From a virus, in the IMG/VR virus record IMGVR_UViG_3300028831_000585, positions 1 to 64,000 of that record: DNA of 64,000 bases; one strand, written 5' to 3'. Below the pieces are notes generated by a model. The model did no database searches. It was not told the DNA's origin and worked only from the letters and a program-made list of their open reading frames with translations. Of this stretch, positions 25,024 to 34,299 are shown one piece after another (the stretch's first letter is position 1; every line of letters starts with the position of its first letter). Both the position numbers and the translations under genes were made by a program.

Positions 25024-25037
25024 GGATCGGAGAGATC

Positions 25038-25346
25038 ATGGGAACCAGGAAGCCGAAGATGACCACCAAGACCGGCCTGCCGCTGTCCGACGAGTGGGCC
25101 GACGGCCGGCACGAGGTGACCGCGCTGGAGCGTGCCCGCGTCGCCACCGCCGACCTGCTGGCCGAGGGCGGCATCGACTGGAACGAGGACGGGGTCGGCA
25201 ACGACCGGGAGAACCAGATGCGCTGCGCCTCGGCGGTCGTCGACGTGCAGCGGGTCGAGTGGGAGCGGGCGGTCAACGCGGACGGCGTGTCGGTCCGGCG
25301 CTACGTCGCCCGCTCGCCCTGGGAGGTGGACCCGGATGTCCACTGA
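25038..25346 (+). CDS. Hypothetical 102-aa protein
   Basis: Track ORF; SD GGAGAG. Confidence 0.6.
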   Translation: MGTRKPKMTTKTGLPLSDEWADGRHEVTALERARVATADLLAEGGIDWNEDGVGNDRENQMRCASAVVDVQRVEWERAVNADGVSVRRYVARSPWEVDPDVH

Positions 25347-26028
25347 GGCGACCGCTGGGACGACGGGGCGCCCGGCCCGGCCGCGCGGCACCCGGCTGGC
25401 GTGGAACAAAATCGAGCGGGAGGCCGGCTCGGACTGCATGGCCGAGGTGCACGGACCCAGCAACCGGGCGTGGCGTTACGGCTGCCGGTGCACGATGGCG
25501 GTGGCCGCGCACGACCAGTTCCTGGCCGAGCAGCGCGAGCGCCGGGCGCAGGTGCAGGCGGCCAGCATCGCCGCGGGGAAGTGCCTGGCCACCCGGCACG
25601 GGTCGGACGACGCGGCCCGCAACGGGTGCGTCTGCTACCGGCGCCCCAAGAAGCGTCCCTCCGGGGTCGTCTCACAGAGCGGGCTGGCCGGCGCCTACGC
25701 GGCCCGGTACAACCGTTTCCGCGGGCCGACCATGAAGGTGGACCGCTACAACCTGATCCTGCTGCTCAGCGGGATCGTCGACCAGCCGACCCGGGGCGAG
25801 ATGATCGCCGCCGTGCACATCCTCCAGCGCCGGGGCAACCGGGCCGGCACCGGTCTGTTCGACGCCCATGAGATCGCGAGCAGGCTGGGCATCGACGACG
25901 GGCAGGTGCACCGCTACAAGCGGTGGATCAAGGATGCGATCAAGGACCGTCACCTGCGGCGGCAGGTGGACGTCCAGATGAAGGCAGTCAAGGTGATCAA
26001 GGCCAAGGCGAAGCGGGGTCAGGCATGA
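25336..26028 (+). CDS. Putative DNA-binding protein with two GC(R/V)C Cys motifs and a C-terminal HTH-like segment
   Basis: ATG after GGGAGGTGGA; YGCRCTMAVAAH and NGCVCYRRP motifs. Confidence 0.6.
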   Translation: MSTEATAGTTGRPARPRGTRLAWNKIEREAGSDCMAEVHGPSNRAWRYGCRCTMAVAAHDQFLAEQRERRAQVQAASIAAGKCLATRHGSDDAARNGCVCYRRPKKRPSGVVSQSGLAGAYAARYNRFRGPTMKVDRYNLILLLSGIVDQPTRGEMIAAVHILQRRGNRAGTGLFDAHEIASRLGIDDGQVHRYKRWIKDAIKDRHLRRQVDVQMKAVKVIKAKAKRGQA

Positions 26029-26669
26029 GGTACGAGATCCGGCCGCTCGGCCGGTGGGACCGCCCGGTCACCGAGCACCGCGCATCGGCCGGGCGCTTCC
26101 GGGTCGGCTGGTCCGACGCGCTCGAGCACCTCGGCCGGGAGATCACCGCGCTGGGCGGCAGTCTGGCGGTCATCCAGATCGACGCCCCGGAGCAGGACAT
26201 CCGGCGCGACGGCATGCTGCGCAGCCGGGCCAAGGTCGGCTTCCCCGGCGTGAAGATCTCCTTCGAGTCCAGGCACGGCCCGCTCACCTACGCCACCGAC
26301 GCCTACCAGAAGTTCTACGCGGGCGACCTGGAGAGCTGGCAGGCCAACGTCCGGGCGATCACGCTCGGGCTGGAGGCGCTGCGCGCGGTCGACCGGTACG
26401 GCATCACCCGCTCCGGCGAGCAGTACCGCGGCTGGACGCAGATCGAGGCCGGGCCCGGCGGCGGCACCAGCCGGGACGATGCGGCCACGGTGCTGCTCAG
26501 CACCACCGGCATCGACGTCCGGCACGAACACCTGCTCACCGACCCGGAGGCCGTCCGCAAGGCCTACCGTTCGGCGGCCAAACGCCACCACCCGGACAAC
26601 GGCGGGTCGGACGAGGTGTTCCGCCGGATCGTCCAGGCGCGCGACGTGCTGCTGGACGGTGCCCGATGA
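26025..26669 (+). CDS. J-domain (DnaJ-like, HPD motif) protein
   Basis: C-terminal VRKAYRSAAKRHHPDNGGSDEVFRRIVQARDVL. Confidence 0.7.
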   Translation: MRYEIRPLGRWDRPVTEHRASAGRFRVGWSDALEHLGREITALGGSLAVIQIDAPEQDIRRDGMLRSRAKVGFPGVKISFESRHGPLTYATDAYQKFYAGDLESWQANVRAITLGLEALRAVDRYGITRSGEQYRGWTQIEAGPGGGTSRDDAATVLLSTTGIDVRHEHLLTDPEAVRKAYRSAAKRHHPDNGGSDEVFRRIVQARDVLLDGAR

Positions 26670-27055
26670 CCAAGGGATTCCGGGTGACCGTCGTCGACTT
26701 GGAGACCGGTGACGCCGAGGTCAAGGAGATCGGGCTCGGCGACTACATCCTGCTGGTCAGCGGCGACTGCAACCTGCACTACCGGTACCAGAACGCCGAC
26801 GGCACGGTCCGGCTCGGCCTGACCGGCTACGCCCCCGACCGGCCGGTGAAGGCGCTGAGGCCGGCCGACGCACCGCACCAGGCCCGCCGGGGTACCGACG
26901 TGGAGGCGTTCATCAAAGCGTTCCGCGACCGGTTCGAAGGCGAGGGCGCCTCGGCGGACGACCCGCGCTGGGACGCGATCGACGACCTGCTGGACCTCTA
27001 CCGGCTGCGCGCCGACACGGGGGTGCCGCTCGGCGAGGAGGTGCAGGAGGGATGA
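26666..27055 (+). CDS. Hypothetical 129-aa protein
   Basis: ATGA overlap. Confidence 0.6.
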   Translation: MTKGFRVTVVDLETGDAEVKEIGLGDYILLVSGDCNLHYRYQNADGTVRLGLTGYAPDRPVKALRPADAPHQARRGTDVEAFIKAFRDRFEGEGASADDPRWDAIDDLLDLYRLRADTGVPLGEEVQEG

Positions 27056-27450
27056 CGGCACCGATCGGGGCCGACTGGTCCAAGGCGCAGCGTGCTTCGA
27101 GGCCGGGGCCGTGCCGGTACCGGTGCGGCCGGCCGGCGTGGCTGCTCGAGCCCGGCGGTAACCAGGTCGCGCACAAGGCGTGCGCCGACAAGGCGGCCGG
27201 CGTGGCCGAGACGACGGTCACCCCGGCGGCCGAGCTGGAGGACGGCAAAGCCGAGCCGCGGTCGGTCGGCTGCGGGCCGGTCAAGGAGTCGGGGCGGTCG
27301 TGCGGGCAGCAGGGCACGGCGCCGTCCTGCATGCTCTGCCCGCTGTCGCCGACCTACTGGCGCACCACGCTGGCGCCGGACGAGCGGCGCGCTCTGCCGC
27401 CCTACACCGGCCCGGTGGTGACTGCCGAAGTGGACAATGCCGTGCTCTGA
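27052..27450 (+). CDS. Hypothetical Cys-rich 132-aa protein
   Basis: Track ORF; ATGA overlap. Confidence 0.55.
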   Translation: MTAPIGADWSKAQRASRPGPCRYRCGRPAWLLEPGGNQVAHKACADKAAGVAETTVTPAAELEDGKAEPRSVGCGPVKESGRSCGQQGTAPSCMLCPLSPTYWRTTLAPDERRALPPYTGPVVTAEVDNAVL

Positions 27451-27470
27451 CCGGCAGGCATACGCTGAGA

Positions 27471-27494
27471 CGACCCCGGTTCCGGCCGGGGTCG
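27471..27494 (+). terminator. Stem-loop ending the first early operon
   Basis: CGACCCCGG-TTCCGG-CCGGGGTCG, followed by a lower-GC spacer with TTCATG-N16-TAAGAT promoter-like hexamers. Confidence 0.5.
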
Positions 27495-27565
27495 CTCCGT
27501 CTGGACGACGTTCATGGGATACGTGATCCTGTAAGATGAACTGACGTGCAGAAACAGGGGGTGAC

Positions 27566-27805
27566 ATGAACAGCACAGCAGAGCAGACGGCCGCGCCGAA
27601 GAGGGACATGCGCAGGCAGCACGCCGCTTCGCAGGAGACCTTCGCCCGGCGGCGGATCGAGAAGGCCCTGGCCGAGATCATCGACCAGGGGTGCACGCTC
27701 CGGGTCGGCCGCGACGGGTGGATCCAGATCGTCAAGGCGGGCGAGGTGGTCTACCGGACCGGCTCGCTGCCGATCGAGGCGGTGGCCGTTGCGTCGCCCT
27801 ACTGA
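27566..27805 (+). CDS. Hypothetical 79-aa protein
   Basis: Track ORF; SD AGGGGGTGA. Confidence 0.6.
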   Translation: MNSTAEQTAAPKRDMRRQHAASQETFARRRIEKALAEIIDQGCTLRVGRDGWIQIVKAGEVVYRTGSLPIEAVAVASPY

Positions 27806-27845
27806 GACACGGAACGGCCCCCGTGCCGGACAACACGAGGGCCGC

Positions 27846-28331
27846 ATGGAGACGGGATGCCGAATGACTACCACGGATGATAGCGGACGTAATGTCGCGA
27901 GCGCGCCATACCCGCTGACGGCAGGGGTGACCCTCAGCGCCACCGGGGCAATGGCCGGGCAGGAGGTCTGGACCCGCGACCAAGTGGCCTACGTGGTCGC
28001 GCTGGCCTTCTGGTCCGGCTCGGGGGTGAGTGCCCGGCACGACGCGCTGGAGCTGGCCGAGTTCGCCTGGTCGGCCTCGATCGGGACCGAGTGGGTCTCA
28101 CCGGCCGAGCGGATCCGGCGGCGGATCGCGGCGATGGGGCAGCGCCACGAGCTCGTGCTGATGCGCTGGCGGCAGTGGCCCGCGCTCGAACCCGGCCAGC
28201 GGACTGGACTGATGGAGCGTGACGCCCGGGGGCGGCCGGTGAAGCCGCGCGTCGTGCCGGTCGGCGAGCCGTGCGACCCGGACGTGGTGTGGCCCGAGGT
28301 GGCCGTACCGGGCGGGAGTGCGCCGTGCTGA
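27846..28331 (+). CDS. Hypothetical 161-aa protein
   Basis: In-frame ATG 5 nt after GAGG. Confidence 0.55.
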   Translation: METGCRMTTTDDSGRNVASAPYPLTAGVTLSATGAMAGQEVWTRDQVAYVVALAFWSGSGVSARHDALELAEFAWSASIGTEWVSPAERIRRRIAAMGQRHELVLMRWRQWPALEPGQRTGLMERDARGRPVKPRVVPVGEPCDPDVVWPEVAVPGGSAPC

Positions 28332-28516
28332 CGTTCGGACCGATGGTCCCTGACCGGGAGTGCGCGGCCACGCCGGGCCGACCGCGGGTGTCGCTCTACA
28401 TCGAGCCGCGCGACCTCTGGGTGGGGGTGTTCGTCTCGCCGTCGGCGGTCTATGCATGCCTGCTGCCCTGCCTGGTGATCCGCATCCAGCGCGGCCCGCG
28501 CCGGGGTGCGGCATGA
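28325..28516 (+). CDS. Small hydrophobic 63-aa protein
   Basis: GTG after GGGAG, overlapping the upstream stop; LWVGVFVS...CLLPCLVIRI. Confidence 0.4.
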   Translation: MLTFGPMVPDRECAATPGRPRVSLYIEPRDLWVGVFVSPSAVYACLLPCLVIRIQRGPRRGAA

Positions 28517-30021
28517 CCGAGCACGAGGCCGGTTGGGTCGACGACGACCCGTGGGCGGGGATGGTCGACGAAGCCGGATTCCCGGTGGAGCCCGACGACG
28601 TCTACAGCGACAACATCGCACCGCACGTGACCGACACTGAGAAGTTCGTCGCGTCCGGTGCCACCGACGAGCAGGCAATCGCCGCCACCTTCCGGCTGCC
28701 CGAGGAGTTCTGGGGGTCGCGAGAGCTGTTCAAGCGGATCCGGCAAGCGGCTTGGGCCAATCAAGCACATCCCGATGCCACGCTGGCCTGCGTGCTGGCC
28801 CGGGCCTCGGCGGCGATCGGGCACGAGGTGAAGTTCGATTCCGGCCGGGGGCCGTCCGGCACGCTGTCGCTTTACGTCTGCCTGCTGGCTGAGTCCGGCA
28901 TCGGCAAGTCGGAGGCGTACAAGGCGAGCGAGCTGGCGGTCCGGCTGCCCCGGCACCTGCTCGAGCCGGACGGCACTACCGACATGGAGGTGTTCCGCGA
29001 CGGCGTCGGCATCGGCACCGGCGAGGGGGTGGCCGAGGCGTTTCTCGGCATGGTGGAGCGCGACACGGGCAAGGTGAAGATCGTTCGCGGCAGGGAGGAG
29101 CCGGTGGTGGAGAAGGTCAAGGCCATCGTCCGGCACCGGGCCTTCTTCTTCGTCGACGAGGGGGCCACCATCAACTCCTTGATGGGGGAGCGCAAAGGCT
29201 CCATCCTCGGCGCCACGCTGCGCACCGCGTGGTCGGGCGGCACGCTCGGGCAGAGCAACGCCAAGGAGGAGACCACCCGGTTTGTCAAGGGTGGCCGGTA
29301 CGCGATCGGCCTGGCGATCGGCTACCAGCCGGAGACCGCGGTGGAACTTTTGCAGGATGTCGGCCCGGGCACGCCGCAGCGGTTCCTCTGGTTCGGCGCC
29401 CAGGACACCGAGATGCCGGAGAGCAGGACGGCGTGGCCCGAGCCGATCCCGCTCATCCCGGAGGGCATGCAGGCCGGCGTCATCGATTTCCCCGAGGAGA
29501 TCAAGGAGTGGCTGTTCCAGCACACCAGGGCCAAGCACCGCGGCGAGGTGCGGGTGGAGCGGATGGACTCCCATGAGCCGTTGATGCGCTGCAAGCTGGC
29601 CGCCCTGCTCTGCTACCTGGACGGCCGGATGCTGGTCAGCCGGGACGACTGGGTGCTGGCGGGCATGATCTGGGCGGTCAGTCGTTCGATCCGCGACCGG
29701 CTGGTCCAGCACCGCGACCGGGCGCAGGCCGAGGCCGAGCGGGTGGCCAAGGAGAAGCGGATAGAGGAGGCCACCGAGATCGAGGTCATGAAGGTGACCG
29801 TCTCGGCCGACGTGGAGCGGGTGGCCCGGCGGATCGCCGCTGCGGTGGCCAAGGCTGACGAGGCGTTCGACCGGGTCAAGCGGTACGCGCTGAAGAAGAA
29901 CTTCGGCCGCGACAAGCCAGTGTTCGACGCGGCTCTGACGCACGCCCGGAACATGGAGTGGATCTTGCCCGAGGAGCCTGATGGGTTCCTCGCGCTGGGC
30001 CGGTCCGCTCCCAGAGAGTGA
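28513..30021 (+). CDS. DUF3987-like P-loop protein, putative replicative helicase or primase-associated
   Basis: 502 aa; LLAESGIGKSEA Walker-A-like motif; lies immediately upstream of the AT-rich, repeat-flanked region. Confidence 0.6.
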   Translation: MTEHEAGWVDDDPWAGMVDEAGFPVEPDDVYSDNIAPHVTDTEKFVASGATDEQAIAATFRLPEEFWGSRELFKRIRQAAWANQAHPDATLACVLARASAAIGHEVKFDSGRGPSGTLSLYVCLLAESGIGKSEAYKASELAVRLPRHLLEPDGTTDMEVFRDGVGIGTGEGVAEAFLGMVERDTGKVKIVRGREEPVVEKVKAIVRHRAFFFVDEGATINSLMGERKGSILGATLRTAWSGGTLGQSNAKEETTRFVKGGRYAIGLAIGYQPETAVELLQDVGPGTPQRFLWFGAQDTEMPESRTAWPEPIPLIPEGMQAGVIDFPEEIKEWLFQHTRAKHRGEVRVERMDSHEPLMRCKLAALLCYLDGRMLVSRDDWVLAGMIWAVSRSIRDRLVQHRDRAQAEAERVAKEKRIEEATEIEVMKVTVSADVERVARRIAAAVAKADEAFDRVKRYALKKNFGRDKPVFDAALTHARNMEWILPEEPDGFLALGRSAPRE

Positions 30022-30022
30022 T

Positions 30023-30239
30023 GGGGGTACAGGGGGTACATGTACCCCCATCGGAGGTCCGGTCGGGGTGGGAGACGGCAAAATTGGTTGCGGCGACAAC
30101 AATCTTGAGAAATCGCCAAAAGGGCCTCTGACCTGCTTATTTAATATAGTTAATAGTAAAACAATTCGACTCGTACGTGCGCGATGTTCCCCCCACCCCG
30201 ACGGGGGGGGGGGGTACGTACCCCCTGTACCCCCTGTAG
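30023..30239. other. Candidate replication origin: about 10%-GC core flanked by inverted clusters of GGGGGTAC boxes, plus a G12 run
   Basis: Left flank GGGGGTACAGGGGGTACATGTACCCCC. Core TTATTTAATATAGTTAATAGTAAAACAATT at about 30137-30166. Right flank C6AC4GAC-G12-TACGTACCCCCTGTACCCCC. Confidence 0.5.
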
Positions 30240-30277
30240 TCGTGTGACTAGACGGACCGAGAGTGAGGAGAGACGGC

Positions 30278-30508
30278 ATGGAGATGATCAGTCAGGGGTG
30301 GCCGCTGTACGCCACCAACGGGGCGGTGGTGTTCGCCGTCGTCGGCTGGCGGCTGGACCGGGCCAGGGAGCCGATGGTGCCGGTGCTCACCGCCATCAAT
30401 CGGCAGAACAACGAGCCCGCCACCGCAGACAGCACCGCCCGGCTCGGGCTCACCCTCACCCCCGACCTGCGAGAGGCGCAGTACCTGGCGGGGCAGAGCC
30501 GTGGCTGA
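30278..30508 (+). CDS. Hypothetical 76-aa protein with one TM-like helix
   Basis: ATG 7 nt after GAGGAG. Confidence 0.55.
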   Translation: MEMISQGWPLYATNGAVVFAVVGWRLDRAREPMVPVLTAINRQNNEPATADSTARLGLTLTPDLREAQYLAGQSRG

Positions 30509-31223
30509 CGAGCAGCAGGTGCGCACGCGGGCCGGCTGGATCGGGGTGGAGATCTCAAAGAGCAGGGTGCGGACACCGGGCAAGCCGGGATTCGGGCTCT
30601 ACCGGGTGCGGGGGACACGCACCGCTGATCGGTTCGACCCGCTCGGCGAGGGGACGACCAGCGCGCTGGAGCACCTGCCGTGGACGGCGTACGCGTACGG
30701 CCTGAACGTGATCGCCGCGGCGGTGACCAACTCGATCCAGCAGGGGCGGCCCGAGAAGCCGATGGACCTGCACCTGGTGGAAGACGGGACGGCGGTCAAG
30801 ACGGGCGAGGGTGGCTACGCCGGCGGGACGGTCGTGCCGACCAGGTGGACGCAGCAGTACACCGGGCGGCGGGACCTGGGGGTGCAGGCCGACCACGAGG
30901 CGTGGGTGGCAGGGCCACTCGCCCGGGCAATACGGGAAGGCGAGGCGCTGCGTGCGGAAATCGGCGACCCGGGGGTGGCGCCCTGCGGGTGCGCCAACAA
31001 TGCGCTGGGGATGGCACCTGTCCTGCACCGCTGTCCTCGGTGCGGGTTTGTGGCCGGGCCGAAGGTGCACGAGGAGTGCGCTGCCTGCGCGATACAGAAC
31101 GCGGGGACGACCCGGCAGCGGCAGCGGGCAGCCAACGGGGCGTTCCAGCGGGATCATGCGGAGCGTCGGGCGTACGGGCTCGCGCGCCGGCACGAGGAGA
31201 AGCTGCGCCGGGGGCAGGCGTGA
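30501..31223 (+). CDS. Hypothetical 240-aa protein with a C-terminal Cys cluster (CGC...CPRC...CAAC)
   Basis: Track ORF with a GTG start. Confidence 0.6.
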   Translation: MADEQQVRTRAGWIGVEISKSRVRTPGKPGFGLYRVRGTRTADRFDPLGEGTTSALEHLPWTAYAYGLNVIAAAVTNSIQQGRPEKPMDLHLVEDGTAVKTGEGGYAGGTVVPTRWTQQYTGRRDLGVQADHEAWVAGPLARAIREGEALRAEIGDPGVAPCGCANNALGMAPVLHRCPRCGFVAGPKVHEECAACAIQNAGTTRQRQRAANGAFQRDHAERRAYGLARRHEEKLRRGQA

Positions 31224-31420
31224 GAACGGCGGTGCGGGTGGCCGCGATCGTGGTGCTCGGGGCGTGGGTGCTGGCACCGCTGGTGGCCCTGCTGCTGCAC
31301 TGAGGCAACGCCGGAACGCAGGCGTGGTGCATGGGGGACCAGTCAAGATAGGCACGATCGGGCGTTTCCTGCTCGCGTCCGCTGGGCGTACAATGGCAGG
31401 TGACAGGAGAGGGGGTGCCT

Positions 31421-31762
31421 ATGCCCGTAAGCAAGGCCGAGCTGGTCGGCCGGGTGCGCGACTTGGCCCGGCGCCAGGACGTGGTCGGGGAGTTCACCCG
31501 GCACCTGACCACGGATGCCGACGGCTGGCCGGTGGACCTGGACAAGATGACCGGCCCGGCGCTGCACGTGGTGATCGACGCGGCCGAGACCTTCGACCGG
31601 TTCACCGACGCGGTGGTGGGTCTCGAGGAGGACGGTGCACGGATGGCCATGCAGACGATCGAGTACGGCAACGGGCGGGTGGGTGTGGACGGCGCGGGCA
31701 ACCTCGTCAGCGTCCAGTTCGACAACCCGACGCTGGCCATCTTCGAGGTGGCGTCGCCGTGA
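31421..31762 (+). CDS. Hypothetical 113-aa protein
   Basis: ATG after GGAGAGGGGG; a TACAAT -10-like hexamer at about 31389-31394. Confidence 0.55.
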   Translation: MPVSKAELVGRVRDLARRQDVVGEFTRHLTTDADGWPVDLDKMTGPALHVVIDAAETFDRFTDAVVGLEEDGARMAMQTIEYGNGRVGVDGAGNLVSVQFDNPTLAIFEVASP

Positions 31763-32052
31763 AGCTGAGCGAGGCGCAGGCGCGTGCACTGGAGGCCGCC
31801 GCACGGGGCGAGCTCAGGCGGTGGAACGACGCGCCCGGATTCGTCGCAGGCGGCAAGACCTACGCGGTCGGCCACGGGACGATACAGAAGGGCACCGTCG
31901 AGTCTCTGACCGGCTCTCAGCCGCCCCTGCTGACCGAAGGCGAGCAGGACGACCGGGCCATGACCTGGCAGATCACCGCCTGCGGGCGGGCCGAACTGGC
32001 GGCGCACCGCGCCCCCTACCGGCAGCACCGCGGCAAGGCGAGGCCGCGATGA
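31759..32052 (+). CDS. Hypothetical 97-aa protein
   Basis: GTGA overlap. Confidence 0.5.
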   Translation: MKLSEAQARALEAAARGELRRWNDAPGFVAGGKTYAVGHGTIQKGTVESLTGSQPPLLTEGEQDDRAMTWQITACGRAELAAHRAPYRQHRGKARPR

Positions 32053-32279
32053 CCGAGCCGAAGAGGGATCTGGTGCAGGTGGCCGCCGAGCGCTCGGGCG
32101 CGTCCGTACCGACCACCCGGACCGAGATGCGCAAAGAGATCAGCCGACTGGTCCAGCGCAAGATGTCCGGCAGCGAGCGGGTGAAAGTCCGGCAGTGGGC
32201 CGGGCGGGTGGAGCGCACCGACGACGAACTGGCCGAGAAGCTGGCCGAACTGCTCGCGATGGGAGACCTGGCGTGGTGA
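32049..32279 (+). CDS. Hypothetical 76-aa protein
   Basis: ATGA overlap. Confidence 0.55.
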   Translation: MTEPKRDLVQVAAERSGASVPTTRTEMRKEISRLVQRKMSGSERVKVRQWAGRVERTDDELAEKLAELLAMGDLAW

Positions 32280-32569
32280 ACCGCAAGATGTTTGTGACGG
32301 CCGTCGACGAGTCGGAGCGCCGCCGCCGGCTGCTGCTGGACATGGTCGACGCGGTGGACGAGCTCGCTGGGGCCGCCGCCGCCATGCCCGGCCTGACCGC
32401 TGACCTGACCTACGCCGGCGTCCCCGCCGATGTGGCCCGGGCCAAGGCGGACCGGATCAGGTCCGGCTGGACCGAGCTCGCCGAGGCGACGCGCAAGGCG
32501 GCCGAGCAGGCGCGGCTGGAGACGGTGGCGTGGCGCCAAGCCTGGGACGCGGCCGAGAGTGCCCGCTAG
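32276..32569 (+). CDS. Hypothetical 97-aa protein
   Basis: GTGA overlap. Confidence 0.5.
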   Translation: MNRKMFVTAVDESERRRRLLLDMVDAVDELAGAAAAMPGLTADLTYAGVPADVARAKADRIRSGWTELAEATRKAAEQARLETVAWRQAWDAAESAR

Positions 32570-32603
32570 GCACCGACCGGCGCCGCCCGCCCGGTCGGCG
32601 CAG

Positions 32604-32954
32604 ATGGCAGCACTGCTGGCCGCGATCGTGGCCGCAGCCAGATCAGAGAGCAGGGAGACGGACGTGGAGAATCTGACGGCCGAGGAGTTGCAGGAGCAAC
32701 TGCGGGCGGACACCAAGGTGCTGGCCGAGATCATGTACCGCTGGAACGCCCCCGGCACCAGGGGCCTGAAGCGGCGCCTGCTGGACCTCACCGAGGGCAC
32801 CGACGTGAAGCCGGAGAACGTGGAGGACTTCATCCGGCAGGTGGGCACGGTTGCGCACGGCGCCCACTCGGCCAACGCGGCCGGCGGGGCCGGGCTGGCC
32901 ACGCTGGAGTTTCTGGTCGGCGCGGGCCGGCTGCGCGGCAGAAAGGTCATCTGA
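32604..32954 (+). CDS. Hypothetical 116-aa protein
   Basis: In-frame ATG of a track ORF; start uncertain. Confidence 0.5.
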   Translation: MAALLAAIVAAARSESRETDVENLTAEELQEQLRADTKVLAEIMYRWNAPGTRGLKRRLLDLTEGTDVKPENVEDFIRQVGTVAHGAHSANAAGGAGLATLEFLVGAGRLRGRKVI

Positions 32955-32956
32955 TC

Positions 32957-33307
32957 ATGGGGGTGCAGGTCTACTCGCCGAGCGACCCGGACAACCCGGC
33001 CTGCGCGGCCGACGTGATCGCCCAGCTCGAGGCCATCCGGACGACGCTGAACGCGCTCAACGTGCAGGCGGAACGGATCAGGTTCCGGGCACCCAGTTAC
33101 ATCCGGACGGTGCTGCTGGACCAGCGGATGCCGCAGCGCCGGGCGCAGGAGGCCACCGACACGATCACGTCCCGGATGCGCTACCTGGCCACCACCCTCG
33201 AGGACGCGGCCAAGGCGGCGCAGAACGCCATCGCCGCGGTGGAGGTGTCCGGCGTGAACATGCGCCAGTCGTTCGCGTGGCGCCCCGGCGTGCCCGGCAG
33301 GCGGTGA
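32957..33307 (+). CDS. Hypothetical 116-aa protein
   Basis: Track ORF. Confidence 0.6.
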   Translation: MGVQVYSPSDPDNPACAADVIAQLEAIRTTLNALNVQAERIRFRAPSYIRTVLLDQRMPQRRAQEATDTITSRMRYLATTLEDAAKAAQNAIAAVEVSGVNMRQSFAWRPGVPGRR

Positions 33308-33561
33308 CCGTGGTCGATCAGCGGGTGCTGGACGAGTACGCCACAGCGGTGCGCAGTCTCGCTGAGCACGCGGCCGACCATCGGCGCACCGCCACCACGA
33401 TCGACGAGGAGTGGTCGCTGCCCGACGAAGGTCCGGTGGAGGTTGCCCTGGAAAGGGCGCGCGAGGCGTGGGCCGCAGCCGAGCGTGCGCTGGCCGAGGC
33501 GCAGGACGAACTGCGCCGGGTGATCAAGCGCCGACTGGGCCAGCTCGAGGAGGGGCGGTGA
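33304..33561 (+). CDS. Hypothetical 85-aa protein
   Basis: GTGA overlap. Confidence 0.5.
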   Translation: MTVVDQRVLDEYATAVRSLAEHAADHRRTATTIDEEWSLPDEGPVEVALERAREAWAAAERALAEAQDELRRVIKRRLGQLEEGR

Positions 33562-33842
33562 CCGTGCCGAAGACGTGGACGCAGCCCGAGCCGCCGCCCG
33601 AGCCCGGCATGGACGTGGTGCGGGTGCGCAAGGCGTCGGCTTCCACCACGTTCAGCGACACGACGTGGTGGCACATCCGGCCCGGCCAGTGGTACCCGGC
33701 GTCCCGGATCGCCGACCGGCTGGCCCTCGCCAGCCTGTCACCGCGGGAGTGCGACTCGTGGTCGTACGTCCTCCGGGTGGCAGGGTCGCTGGTCGACGAC
33801 ACCGACGAGGGCGAGCGCCCGCTGACCGAGCTGGCGGCCTGA
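33558..33842 (+). CDS. Hypothetical 94-aa protein
   Basis: GTGA overlap. Confidence 0.5.
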   Translation: MTVPKTWTQPEPPPEPGMDVVRVRKASASTTFSDTTWWHIRPGQWYPASRIADRLALASLSPRECDSWSYVLRVAGSLVDDTDEGERPLTELAA

Positions 33843-34063
33843 TGCCGGACGAGATCGGCCCAATCATCGGCCCCCGCAGCGGGATCACCTTGGAGCGGCG
33901 CACCGGGCCGGTCAAAGCCGAGTGCGAGGGCTGCGAGTGGCGGGGTGAGGACGTGACCTACCTGCGCGTCCGCACTCATGTGAAGAAAACCGGACACGCG
34001 GTCGCGGTGACCGTGGAGTACATGACGGTCTACCGGCCGTCGGAGACGGAGAGCAAATGCTGA
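33842..34063 (+). CDS. Hypothetical 73-aa protein (CEGCEW...)
   Basis: TGATG overlap. Confidence 0.55.
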   Translation: MPDEIGPIIGPRSGITLERRTGPVKAECEGCEWRGEDVTYLRVRTHVKKTGHAVAVTVEYMTVYRPSETESKC

Positions 34064-34299
34064 TCGAGACGAACGGGCAGGGTGTGCGTGTGTTCAGCGC
34101 TGAGCCCGCGCTGGCCGATGTGCAGAAGGTGCGCAGCCGGGACGGCGACCGCTGGCAGCGGGTCGACGACTGGGAGGGCGAGGGCGAGCGCTGGATCCCG
34201 ATCCTGGCGGACGGCCCGCACCCTGAGTCGGGCGGCCTGACCTGGCCTACCCTGCTGGCCGGGTACGGCCCGCTGACGGACATCAGCGGTGACGCCTGA
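34057..34299 (+). CDS. Hypothetical 80-aa protein
   Basis: Track ORF. Confidence 0.55.
   Translation: MLIETNGQGVRVFSAEPALADVQKVRSRDGDRWQRVDDWEGEGERWIPILADGPHPESGGLTWPTLLAGYGPLTDISGDA

Noticed and set aside
30100-30170. The AT-rich island as a simple sigma-70-type promoter (TTGAGA, TATAGT and TAATAT hexamers).
   Set aside because: No -35/-10 pair has acceptable 16-18 bp spacing. The symmetrical flanking repeats fit an origin-like element better.
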